Shown: positions 24,591 through 36,400 of the stretch, piece after piece
How positions within the stretch are numbered: the first letter of the stretch is position 1
Layout of the letters: each line of letters begins with the position of its first letter
Assembly: GCA_000934665.2 (NCBI GenBank)
Contig: KZ538093.1
Coordinates: 1-64,000, forward strand
Direction of reading: 5' to 3'
DNA from: Catajapyx aquilonaris
Lineage: Eukaryota
Length of the DNA stretch: 64,000 nucleotides
Program-made: the position numbers and the translations under genes
The notes under the pieces: model-generated
What the model was told of the DNA's origin: nothing
Database searches by the model: none
What the model saw: the letters and a program-made list of their open reading frames with translations, nothing else

Positions 24591-27500
24591 ACAGCTTATG
24601 GTCCCAAAATGTATGCTAATGCTGGGAAACGTGCCCAAAATCACATGCTACTTTGATCATATTTAACTTGCGTACCCTGACACCTGAAAATTTATGGCGA
24701 CAGTCAATCGATATTCTCTTAAACCTCCTAACACGCAGACTAGACACAATTGCCCAGTATATCAATAAGAAAATGAAAAGAAAAAACCGGAAGCATTCTT
24801 TACGCTCGAGGCCGCAGTAAACTATATAAAAAACCGGTCATATATCGTTCGGAATAGTCTCCGTCAGACCCAAGTAAAACGATGTGAATTGGAAAACTTT
24901 TTCTCCGACTCGGAATGAGTCCTGCAACCAGCAAATAATAGGAATGAAAGTAGGCCGTACAGCAACCCAATGAGATGGACCCCTCAGGCCTGCCTCAAAA
25001 CCACCAAAACCACCAATTCACTAGCTTAGCACGCCCCATATAATTTCATCAAATCTCACATCAGACCTAAAATAAAAACCGGTACTGCTTTAAAACAGTT
25101 TCCCTTTGACATATTCACCATGAACAAATTATTTAAATATTTTGTTTAAATATTAAAATTCTATACTTTTGTAACCCAACAACCTTCGTAAATTCCGACC
25201 CGTTTTTTATTGGTCCGGCATTGACCGACAGAAATAGCAATGACCACTTCACATCAATATGTGCATGTTCCGCTATCAGGTCCAGTTTTTGCTGGTACAA
25301 CCGCCTGAAGTAATGTTGTTCATGCAGGGCAACATGCCCACGCTTATATTGTGAAGGGCAATGGAAGATATGCAGCGTCTGCGACAAAAAAATATATATA
25401 TACAGTATATAGCTAAAAGACATTTGCTGGCTAGTAAGAGTGGTCTGATGGCTTCATCCCAAGGAAGCAAGGGAATTCTCCCAAACTTTTATCTCACGGC
25501 CTACCACTACTGAAAAGTGCCTGGAGGCTTCTTTTCAGGCCTTTTGCCTCCCACATTTTCCACAAAGATGCTCAACGCAATGTGCCAGAAGTGGCAGTTT
25601 TGTAGAAAAAAAAAGTGCCGTCGCAATTTTCCAGACAGCCTTCTGGAGTTAAAGGGAGAAAATGTAGCACCCAGAACAACCTATAATTTAAAAGGATATA
25701 TCTGTCACAAAATACATAACCACATATTTTGCATATTTGCCACCCTCTACGGAACCCCACGATTTATCTATGGGAGCTGATCTCACTATATCCGTGTTAA
25801 TGTGACCCTGATCCAGGATGATCACCCGACCTGACATGGCCCATCATGTATCACTCTGTAATCTGGATTGGAGCACGACCGAAGCAGTTCCCCTTGACCT
25901 TTTCCTGTCACAAAAGAGGCAATTTGGGATTCGCGTCCAGATCTGCGATACCGTATTTGGAGCCATGTAGTGCACTTGAGTCCAAGCACGGATGCAGAAT
26001 TAGGTCGTATTTGCTCACATCGTACACCATGTGAATGTTTACCGAAAAACGCCTTCTCAAGTGGCACAAGACTTATCGAAAGCCTTATATGAAAGGAGCT
26101 CAGCTGACCCAGAAAACTGTTCGATCATGGTCGTGCACAGTTATTATGGGCAATAAAACTAAAGCTTCCTAAATTCAGTGCGTGGGTGCCAGCAAGTGAA
26201 ACTATACACGGCATGACATGACTATATATAACATTTGTTTTTTTTTGTCGAAAAGACATGATAAGAGAAGCCGTGTACACCAATTCACACCTCAATCGTG
26301 TGAAGACGTCAGTGCTGCTTCATGTGTGCTGCTGGTAGCAGGATGACCTCATGCACGAAAAAATGACAAAGTTCTAACCTAAGGATCCTTGACAGGTAAT
26401 TTCACGCGATTTGGCTGGCGCGCCTACCCCTGTTCCTGGCAAACATCAAGACAATAACAAGCTGGGATGAAGAGAAGTCAATTTTGTTTTGTCACTCGAG
26501 CAACATTATAAAAATACAAGCCTGTTAATGCACCAGGACTTGTGGTGGGTGCACCGAGTAAGGGTACCCGTAGCGAGCAGTAACTGTACAGGAGCACCAC
26601 CTGGCAGCGTGTGAGCACCCTCTAGCGGAAGGTGTGTGGGGTAGGGAGGGCTAAGCAGGGATGTAGTCAGAGGGGGGGCGCACCCAGTGGGGAGAGAGAG
26701 AACTTCCAGCGGACATGCAAACAAACATCGTTGACAGTATTAGGTGAAATATTATTGAGGCCTTCAAATTCAACATTTCATGATTTCACGGCAGTACGTT
26801 GGTGATTATTACTTGTTTCAACTGCTATACTGGCCTAGGCGCTAACTTAGTCATAAGTTACCAAAAATGGCTTTTTCCTCCACCGATGTAGCCTCACCAT
26901 GTTTGAAGTGGTTATGAAAGCGGTTCAGTGTCCTTGGGCAGGTGACATTTTACAACAAAACTGACTTCTGTAATCTCACATCCTACGTATCCATTATTGA
27001 AGTTTTACGAGCCCGATCGTGTACTACAAGCTCACTTAATTGTTATATTATTCAGTTTAATAAAACCTTAGGCATAATCCTATGCGGTGCGAATAATGAT
27101 GATACCACTGCACAATGCAAATGGACTGATCCAACACCCTGCAAAAACAAGGCGCAGAAATAATAATTACCCTGCTGCTCTCCCAAGCCGTCACCTACCA
27201 GGTGACCCAAGCAATAGTTTATCATTATGTCCGCCTACTTGTGTCATGACGTTATTCATTCCAACACAAGGTACTTGCCCCCAACCTACCAGCAACGTCA
27301 GCTCGATCTTCAGCATTCACGCAATATATGATCGGTATAATTCAGGTGGCATCACAGAAAGGCTTCCATCAACGTCATGTCAGGTCTTCAGATGCTACCT
27401 GTTGTCTAAGATTTCACCTGCCAACCAGGTCACGTATGTCGAAGGAACGACACTTGTCTAAATATCAGAGTGGCGCAATGCATCATTTCTGGTTCGCTAG

Positions 27501-28046
27501 GCATGACTTTTTTATGTCGTTCTCTTGTTATCACGCACCTAAAAAAAAATGTTAAAAAATAGGTGCAACTTCACACATCGTGGTCAGAATTTACACTAAC
27601 ACTTCACACCCTTACCTCACGACTCCAGAAATATTATAAAACTCACTTTTACCTATTTTTAAGTTGGAGAAATGAGCACAAGGACAATATAAAAAGGGGG
27701 CGCAAAGAGGCGAAATTATTTTAGAGTCGGGCACAGTGGAATGCTTTGAAAGGCATTATCTCACAGAGGCCAATGATTTATCTGTAAAGCGTGAAAGCGG
27801 ACGTCAAGAAAGATGGAAGACACGCTGACCTTTCGCACTCGCTTGCACGTAAGGTGGCCATTCTTCTCGCCGGCTGATGACCACAGTAATAAGCCTGCAA
27901 GAGCTTCAACCTGTCGTCTCCATTTTTATTTTCATTCTTTTTTTTTTTTAACGCTGCTTCAACTCCATACACATCATCACATGCGCAAAAGGGTCGAGGG
28001 CAATGTTGGATCTTTCTGTTTACAAAAAAAAGAAAAAGAAGAAGAG

Positions 28047-28108
28047 TGCGTCCGGGAGTCGAACCCGGATCAGTGTCGAAAAGTGCTCTGCCATTGAGCT
28101 ATAGTGGG
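28047..28108 (-). pseudogene. tRNA-derived fragment (tRNA pseudogene or isolated SINE head)
   Basis: A box TAGCTCAATGG and T-arm CCGGGTTCGACTCCCGG; anticodon arm and acceptor stem not intact; followed by an oligo-T-rich tract. Confidence 0.55.
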
Positions 28109-29402
28109 TCATAAAACCCACAAGCCCTTTCACAAGTTTCTGAATATACATGGATCATTCGCTAAGTAAACATGTCCTTTCACAAACTGTCTATTGACCT
28201 TAGTCCGAATACCCATTTCTTCCCGCCTGCAGATCGGAACCGTACCCCACCCCATCCCTGAGCCCTTTTGCAATTGAAATGTTTTTTTTTGAAACAGGTT
28301 TTACTAGGAAAATGTCACCAAGTCCCACTTTTCGATAGAGTCACCCATGTCCATCAGTCCAGTCGATACCAAGTATAATCAATGGCTTAGATTTCAATCA
28401 ACTCCTCTAGCCTCCTCATCAGCAAGTGAAAAATGACGTTTCTCAGACATTATTTATACAAATGGCTGACCGTTTCTACTTACGTTAGGAAAGTGATCGT
28501 GTCAATGGTAGGGCCAAGCCTATATATCGTTTACGTCTCTACGTTAAAATCAAGAGTAAATCTCTCCCGTTTGCAGTAATATTACAGTAATAAATTTTTC
28601 TCGCCCCTCCTTCCCCATATTATGACCCTGTGACGATGCCAATTTGAACTCCCCTGAATTTAAACCGTCTTTGATTCACACCTCATTATACGGACCCTGA
28701 AGTCGGTAACCTCCTGAATTCAGTGCCCTCAGTCAACTTGTCACAACCCCACCCACGACCCGCCACCTTGCAACATGGGCGCCGAAATTACCAGGCATAA
28801 TCCCCATCCCGACAACAATGGCCAGATCCGTTCTGACATCATCCGAAATGAGTGATCGCTCCCCAAGGGGGCCGAGCAAGTCCACCAACGCACTGTTGTG
28901 ATTCGACAGCCCCAGGGAGTCGTCGAGACTTGCATATGGGATGGACACTTGGTACTCCAACTGGTCTTGTTTGCCTTCCCCCCCCCTCCCCCCCCCCTTT
29001 GTTTCACTAACCAATCTACCTACGTCCACGCTACCTGCAAGATCCCTCCAGCGAATCTAAAGCTTGTCAAGCCTGCCTTCTTACCTGCTTGACAGCTGTT
29101 TCGTTCCGGCAAAACGCTTCCAGAATAGGAGTCCTTCCATATTTTTTTTGTCCAATATCAAATAGGAGTTAACACCCAGCTAATACTTTTAACCACTTAA
29201 AGTAACCTATTAATAATAAGCATCAGTGTCAAAAATGTTTTATTTTACATATTTATTATTTAATTTCATTTACCTAGCCTCAACCAACTGCCTCACAACT
29301 GACTACATTTTCAAGCCTCCCCCAGGTCTGCCATCTAGTGGAGGACACGTCACAATACTGCCCACATATTAAGGGTGGCAGCTAAGGTGTGAATTACGGG
29401 CA

Positions 29403-29763
29403 GCCCCCGGACACTGCCCCTACAATCATATCTTATCGCCTGCCGAGGCGTTTTGCATGAGGTGCTCACCTTAGAGCGCCATGAGACCTTTCACTGCTAT
29501 ATTATGTGGCGACCCTACCGGATTACTCTGAACTTTATAGGTATAAAAGGGAAGCGCAACATTGGGGGACCCAACATGGTCGCCGGCGGCCATGTTGGGC
29601 CCGCATGTAGCGGCTTCCCTTCTACCTTAGTTCAGCGTAGTCCGGTAGGGTCGCCACATAATAGAGCAGTGAAAAGCGGTCTCATGGCGCTCTCAAGTGA
29701 GCACCTCATGCAAAAGGCAGGCGATAAGAGGGAGTGTCCAGACCTTAGTATTCTAAGACCATG
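29403..29763. mobile_element. Foldback (MULE-like) non-autonomous element with 10-bp TSD
   Basis: Direct repeat attacgggca at 29393-29402 and 29764-29773; nearly the whole element is an imperfect palindrome centred near 29584 (e.g. tcttatcgcctgcc / ggcaggcgataaga; ttatgtggcgaccctaccgga / tccggtagggtcgccacataa). Confidence 0.75.
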
Positions 29764-30835
29764 ATTACGGGCATAATTGTGGCATTTGCTCACAGGCTTA
29801 TCAGCAGGTTTCGGGAGGTGTGCTAGAAGCTTTTGACCCCTTATGACCTGACCTCGTAGTTATGCTGCACCTTTTCCTAGGGGTTGGGTGAAATCGGCAG
29901 TCTGACCGGAGAATCCTTTTAGTAGAAGTTGTGCAACCGGGTGTATAGACACACGTGTCAGAAAAACGTGGGGATAAATCTGTGCTACGCGCGTATCGTG
30001 CCACTCGCATATACGAAACAGAAAGTGCGAAGTTCGGTAACGTTGTAATAAACATTCCGAATCTGTCGGTGAAGTTATAATGGCCATGCTCAGTACTTTC
30101 AAAATTTTCTTCAAATATCACCGTTAAGTACCTCCTACAGGTTATAAATAATATTTAATTGACACTATGGGGAGCCCTAGGTTCGCAACTCATTACGCCC
30201 ACTTCAATTGGTATCATTACCGTAGTAGCACGAGCTTGACACATGATGGGACCGCCTATTAACGAACCTAAGTTAATTGTGTCGATACCGCAAGGTCATG
30301 ACTCTGCAAAATTCGCACACTTTGACCATTGCTCCCATAAGAAAGCTAACCTGCTTAGACCACATGTGGAGCGATTTTGTGATTTATCGGGTGTCCTCAT
30401 TAATTTTCCAATCCGATTTCCTCCTGTACTGAGGATGGGCGTCGTCACAAGCTCCATCATCAAGGCTGGCCACACAAAACGGGCTCAATGCTCCAAAAGT
30501 GATGCTGAAGGGGCGCGCCATGTTTGTGAACGGAGAGAAAGTGAATACCCCCGGCAAGACACTTAATTGTTTCCCCCACACCAACCGGTCACCGCCAAGT
30601 AAGGGTCACTCTCTAAAGTGGAACAAGCGTCCCAACTACGCAACCGCTTGATTCAATATGGACAGGCCAAATTAATTATATTGTTACGCCGCTACCACTT
30701 TGGCCTCGGAAAAATTTCTTGTGCTAATACTAAACGTCGTGTGTCTTACGCAACCTCAGCAGGTGAATGCCAATAGAGAGAGAAAAAACCCACAACCACA
30801 AATCGGATCTGACAGGGCAAAGGACAACGCGTTTG

Positions 30836-30891
30836 GTTCGATGGGGTCGGGGACGTCCCAACGCGTTGGGACGTCCCCGACCCCATCGAAC
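30836..30891. repeat. Perfect 56-bp GC-rich palindrome with no spacer
   Basis: gttcgatggggtcggggacgtcccaacg|cgttgggacgtccccgaccccatcgaac. Confidence 0.9.
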
Positions 30892-32537
30892 GTTGCAACG
30901 GTGTCGATATGTTGTGATGCGCCTCACTAGAGGGCAATGGCGTCTGGGTGGGCTCTTTTGTTGAGTCGTGGGACGGCCTGGCTCCGGGCCGGTCGCAATA
31001 AATGGGTTGCTCCGATTGTTGGACCCTGAATGACCTTGCGGGTCAGGAGAGCTGACCTCCCCCTCTCAATGTACGTTACTCATATCAGCAGGTACAGTTT
31101 ATTAGTTTCCGCCCCCAATGTAAAGGCGATAACGAATACAATAGACCTAGCTCCACCCTTCAGACATGTGCCTCATGTAATCAGTGCAATCTGCGCTTTA
31201 AGGGCAAATTTTCCGCAGTATACGATCGTACGATACGGTATTGTACACACATCTTTAAAAACAAGTCTTTCACCGTCCATCAGGTCCTCAGATGTCTGCT
31301 TGCAGATCTGGTTCATCACCTGTCCTTTTTGTCCCATACTGCAAGAAGCTTATTTGATTTCCAGAGACCCGTTCTTCCTACACCGTTTCCCACGCGTCTT
31401 GAAAAGGAAGGACCTAAAGCTTCCGGCCCAGTCCACACAAAGAAGCTCCCACATGTAAGTTTATCTCCCTTTTCTTCCCCTTTTTTCCAACCCAAGAAGC
31501 TCTGAGACCAGTTTAACCCTATCTGAGCAAGAATGTCAACAATCAAAGTCTGGCTTTAAAAGACACTTTATAACCAATCTTTACCTTATTTCTCAAGTAA
31601 AGGTCAGCTCCACCTTCATGAGAAAAAAAGAAGACCACGCCTTGAGAAGATAAAAGAGTGATGAATAGCAAAGTTGCGATAAACCTTTTTCACAATACCA
31701 GGTCTTCGTTAATTTACTGGCCAATTTGTGAAGGGCAAAAACGCAGCAAACAGTACAGGAGTGGGGGGGGGGGGGGGGNGGGGTTAGCCCACACTGGAAC
31801 ACAATACATTATGACTGCAGTTAATTCCGACGAGAGGAGAAAATAATTATAACGTACACCATGTCATGACGTGCGATCTCTATACCGGACATTTAAAAAA
31901 AATTCTTACCCATCGTCCTTAAATTATGACCCACTAAATTGGGTGTGAACATCCTTTCTTATCACGCCCACATCATTTGAACGCAGGTCTGGCTTTTCAC
32001 AAAATGGCCCAAAAAACCCTTTTAGGCTCATGTACCTCCGCCAGCTATAAGAACTTACAAGACGGTCAAACGGTCTGGTCTGTCAGGTTTGCACACGTGC
32101 ATCGGCATACCATGTGGTCGCAATCATTCAGGCAGTACAAGTGACCATCATGAGCAACAAAAAAAAAGTATTAGAGGAACCGAAATGTGTGAGGTCCAGG
32201 GATCGAACTCTGGACCCACCTTCTGCCTCTATAGCCATTTCGAATAATCCTAGCCTCTAGCAACCTTCGCTATTTACTGCCGAACTCGAGCCTCATTATA
32301 CCTGACCGTACTAATACCGAACCTGAACATAAACGCTACAGTCGTATTTCTTTTCCCCGTCCCCTTGTATGCGCTTCAGACAAAAAGTTCTTCACATTTC
32401 GTTCCAGACAACAGGATTCCTCTCGGGGGCCTCCCAACTTTGGACCCCGAATTAACCCACCCCGAGGACAAAACCGCTTTGTCGGAGGAATTTATAACCC
32501 CCCCCCCCTCCCCCCCTCCCCCAACAAACACTCCACC

Positions 32538-32612
32538 NNNNNNNNNNNNNNNNNNNNNNNNNNNNNNNNNNNNNNNNNNNNNNNNNNNNNNNNNNNNNNN
32601 NNNNNNNNNNNN
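32538..32612. other. Assembly gap (75 N) flanked by poly-C and low-quality-looking sequence
   Basis: N run. Confidence 0.98.
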
Positions 32613-33354
32613 CCCCCCCCCCCCCCAAAGCCCTTTACCACCCCCCATAACATCCTCCACATTTATTTCTTTAAAAATAAATACCGCAATAAAAGTTTTA
32701 TTTATTTAAAAATAATTAAAAAATAATTGTACGGTATATTAAAAATTAATATAAACAAAAAATAATTATTTTCATTGAGTCATATGATTGTGTAACTTCC
32801 TTAGAAAGCGATGACCTCCGTAGTTTTTGTTTATCCCATCATGTTGGGTGGCCTTCGATCTATCGTTATAAGATGGGGGAACATATACAGGCGTCCCACC
32901 TGCGGAGATGGGGACCTACCTTTGACCCTAAAGATGTACCATACTTCCGTCAGCAGTTTTTTTTTTTCTAATCGCGTTTGCTGGAGCTCAGGTTTTTAAA
33001 CTATTTATCGCAACATCTTCACGACTTGGACAACCTGTTCTGTACAGCGCTTTTTTTTGCATATTCTCTGGGGCTTTCGCACACTTTGGAGCCAGGAATA
33101 ATCTAACCTGAGGAAGTACACGATATGACCTGGCGTCTTAATGTGAGTGATTTTACATGTGCATGTGATCGTCCTTCAATTCCCTTTGTCCTGCCAACAT
33201 TTTTTTTTTTTACTGTGGGCCTCGTCTCTTAACGCTGCAATAAAATATCGTCCGAATCGTGCGAATTACAAGGGAAGAACTGGCCACAAGCCAAAGTGAA
33301 TGGGAGAAAGTGCAAAAAAAAACTGCGATAAACGCTAGATAAAATTTGACTTAC

Positions 33355-33427
33355 TCGTATTAATGTTTGGATCCACTTTCTCGTCCAAATTTAAATGATT
33401 TTTTATATGGGCCACCCTTTTCTCCAT
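33355..33427 (-). CDS. Candidate alternative first coding exon (MEKRVAHIKNHLNLDEKVDPNINT|N)
   Basis: gctATGG start, 24 codons + 1 nt, donor A|gtaagt, phase 1. Confidence 0.4.
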
Positions 33428-36400
33428 AGCTAGTCACTCCTTACAGCACATAAGCTTCAATTATTCCTTAGTGCAATTACATCCCAATTACTTCTTTCTC
33501 CACGGAAAAACAATACAATTCGCACACTTGCAGAGCTGCCACCGAATAACCTATTGCACGTGGCCAAAAAAAAAATACATAGCAACTGTGATTACACTGG
33601 AAAGGCGAGAGAGAAAAAGGCTGGGGAGTAATGATGACAATCTGCGACCCAACTAGAATTGGGCACACTGAACGCCGAAGAAGAATAGTAAGAAAAAACT
33701 ACACACATTCCACTGCTGCTTTGCAATCCTTTTTTCTCTCCTTCCCTTCCAGTTGGGACCAACTTATCATGCTGGCAAGCAGACGACAAAAGGAGGCGTC
33801 CTTATCAGACGTTTGGTATATACTGAGAGAGAGGCAGCGAATGGCAATGGTACAGACCCCCCCCCCCAAAAAAAAAGTCTAATAAATTAATCATCCGATT
33901 GTTTCCGCACTGATTTACAGCCAGCCGGCAATATTTTTTAACCAACTAGGGGTCGTAAGATCAGGATTTATGATTATAGGCCTATTACGCCCTCTTGTGT
34001 ATGATCGCACTTGCACAAGTATGACTCACTCGTTGTCGAATATAAATATTTATACAAGCCTGCTTCCTAACCAATGCATGATAGCATTTCAAACATTTGT
34101 TTTCAAATTCTTTTTGGGGAAAAAATATATATATTAACAATGCATATCCCGTCAAGTCATTTTGAGTCAGGTTACTTGTCAACTTCTTCATGGCCCCTCT
34201 CCACCTTATTTCAATTGCCCAACTTCACCTTTACACCTACGCTCCTTTTTTTTTCTTCTCCTTCCAAGTGGAATTGATTACAGCCATCGATTCCTTTAGC
34301 AGATAAGCCCCAAATTCTTGTCAACAAGAAGCTGAAGGTGTACACACCTTTGTTTCCATCACTTTGATTAGGCGATACAACACGGACACTTATGGTATCC
34401 AAATCATCCAAATTACAAGCCAGAGAGAAAGCGGGCGTCAACCCCTGTAAGCTTCAAAACACGTTGACAAAACTTGATCCGGTACTGTATGACATTCAAT
34501 CCAACGTTATCTTCCCACCAGGTGTTATAATAATTGTTAAACCATTGATAATAAATCCATAAAATGCAGAAGCAGCCACACCCCCTTTGTTCAAGTGACC
34601 ATAAAACCTACTCATATCACTACTAGTGTAAAACAACATGCATTAATTTCAGCGGTTTCGATAGGAGTTTGGGGTCTCTCCAGCTTCGTCTCAGGTGTGA
34701 TTCGGTCGACTAACCACCAGGGTAACTCACCATCAAAGGTCCGTGGGCGCACAAGTAGCTGTAGCATAGTACCGAGAGTTGGTCAGGAGATCAGGTATCG
34801 GGTGGGTAGAACAAAGTGGTGACTTGTACAGGTCCACCGTATCCCCCTTGAAAAGGCGGTATGTGTACGTAGGGGGATAGGGGGTGAATCAACGTCTAGC
34901 TGTATAAGGATGTGACCGCTCATGGTCGAGCCTAACCGATGCTAAGTAGGAGGCAGTTGTGTAGTTGCATCACGCGCCTACATTATCATCATATCCCTCC
35001 CCACGTATCTCTTCATTCAGACTTCCATGTTGGGCCAGACCTCCTCTTTGGAAGATGTCATGCACTTCACGCGACATTGGGTTTGACGCCTATCTGCATG
35101 CCTTTTGCAGTTTTTTTTCCCACGTACGGTACCGCAGCCCATCCGCCTGGATACCAGCCAACCAATCCATTTGCATATATTTTATTGCCCGCCACATCTA
35201 CTCTTGGAAATAGTCACCGGTGGAATTGCACATTTGTCACTGCCGCCTTGCAATTCTGAAAAATTTCTAATGTAACACCGTAGCGGCCGGATCTTATCAT
35301 GAAGTCATGCTCTCAAGATGGTTAAAAAAAACCTGGCTGGCCAGACATGACCTAAGTGTTGATTATCTCCGGCAACGGCCTACACATCCCTGAATGATTG
35401 ATTTATCAGTCCAGAATTTACAACGGCTGGCACCCCCCCCATGTACAGTACTCCGCATGCGCCTCTACTGTTGTATATGGGCCTCGACACGCCGTTGTGG
35501 CCAGGCAGGTCAGGTTGTAAAGCATCGAACGAGTAGCATCAAAACGCCATAACGGATAGTGAACCCTGCGCCTGAAAATGGTCAGGTGAGGGCGTAGTTG
35601 AAGCCTGAAAATTATATAGCTAACCGGAGGTGATTAAGGCTCCACAAGTCCACCTACGCCTCCGCCAACACAGGTGCTTCACTGTTCATTTAGCTAATAC
35701 CCGCATGTGTTTTTATCTAGTTTGCGATTCTTTCGCACGTGGTGCAACCTCCCGCAGAGGTCATTGATTCTGATGTACCCACCTACGCGGTTTGAACCTG
35801 AGGACTTCGAACCCGTTCCTTTTCGGCTCTTGTCTGGGACCAGTCTACGGCACTTGGCTCGGACACCTCTGAGGGGGTACCATATTGAAGAAAACATCGT
35901 GTCTAGTCTTGCCGACAATCAATCAACTCTTAACATCCCGCCCACCTTTCGTATTCGATTATCCACAAGCTGAACGAGCACATATGTGAGAAGTATGTCC
36001 GGCCCTATGGTCTTTGATATACCGACAGTTTTCTCCAACTTGGTCGCCTTATCTGGGTGGCATCATTTTTATTCCCACGGTTGGACAACAAACGAAGCAG
36101 ACTTCCGGTGATACCGCGGCAAACGGGCAAAACATGCTTGTACTTACCATTGTACCACTGTCCAGCCGTGGCGGTCATCATGGCTTCGTAGAACACACGT
36201 GCACAAAACGGCAAACAAGGTTCATGCGTGCATTGCATACGGTTACGTCCACTGGTTTCGTACACACTGCCTTTGTCATGCACATCAAGGAGCTGGAACA
36301 TGCAAAAAGTGAATGCCAATCACATTTCAATGCAACTATCGATAGACATCTCAGAATGGGACTTCCTGCACTCGTAAACAAGGGAGTGGCTTTTTCCCGC

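Noticed and set aside
29085..29140. ATG-initiated exon MEGLLFWKRFAGTKQLSS with strong donor CAG|gtaaga
   Set aside because: Phase 2, so joining to the RING exon gives an early stop; at most a UTR or uORF exon.
32365..32760. Pro/Gly-rich ORFs and C-runs around the first N gap (likewise 56976-57344)
   Set aside because: Artefacts of homopolymer runs and low-quality gap edges.
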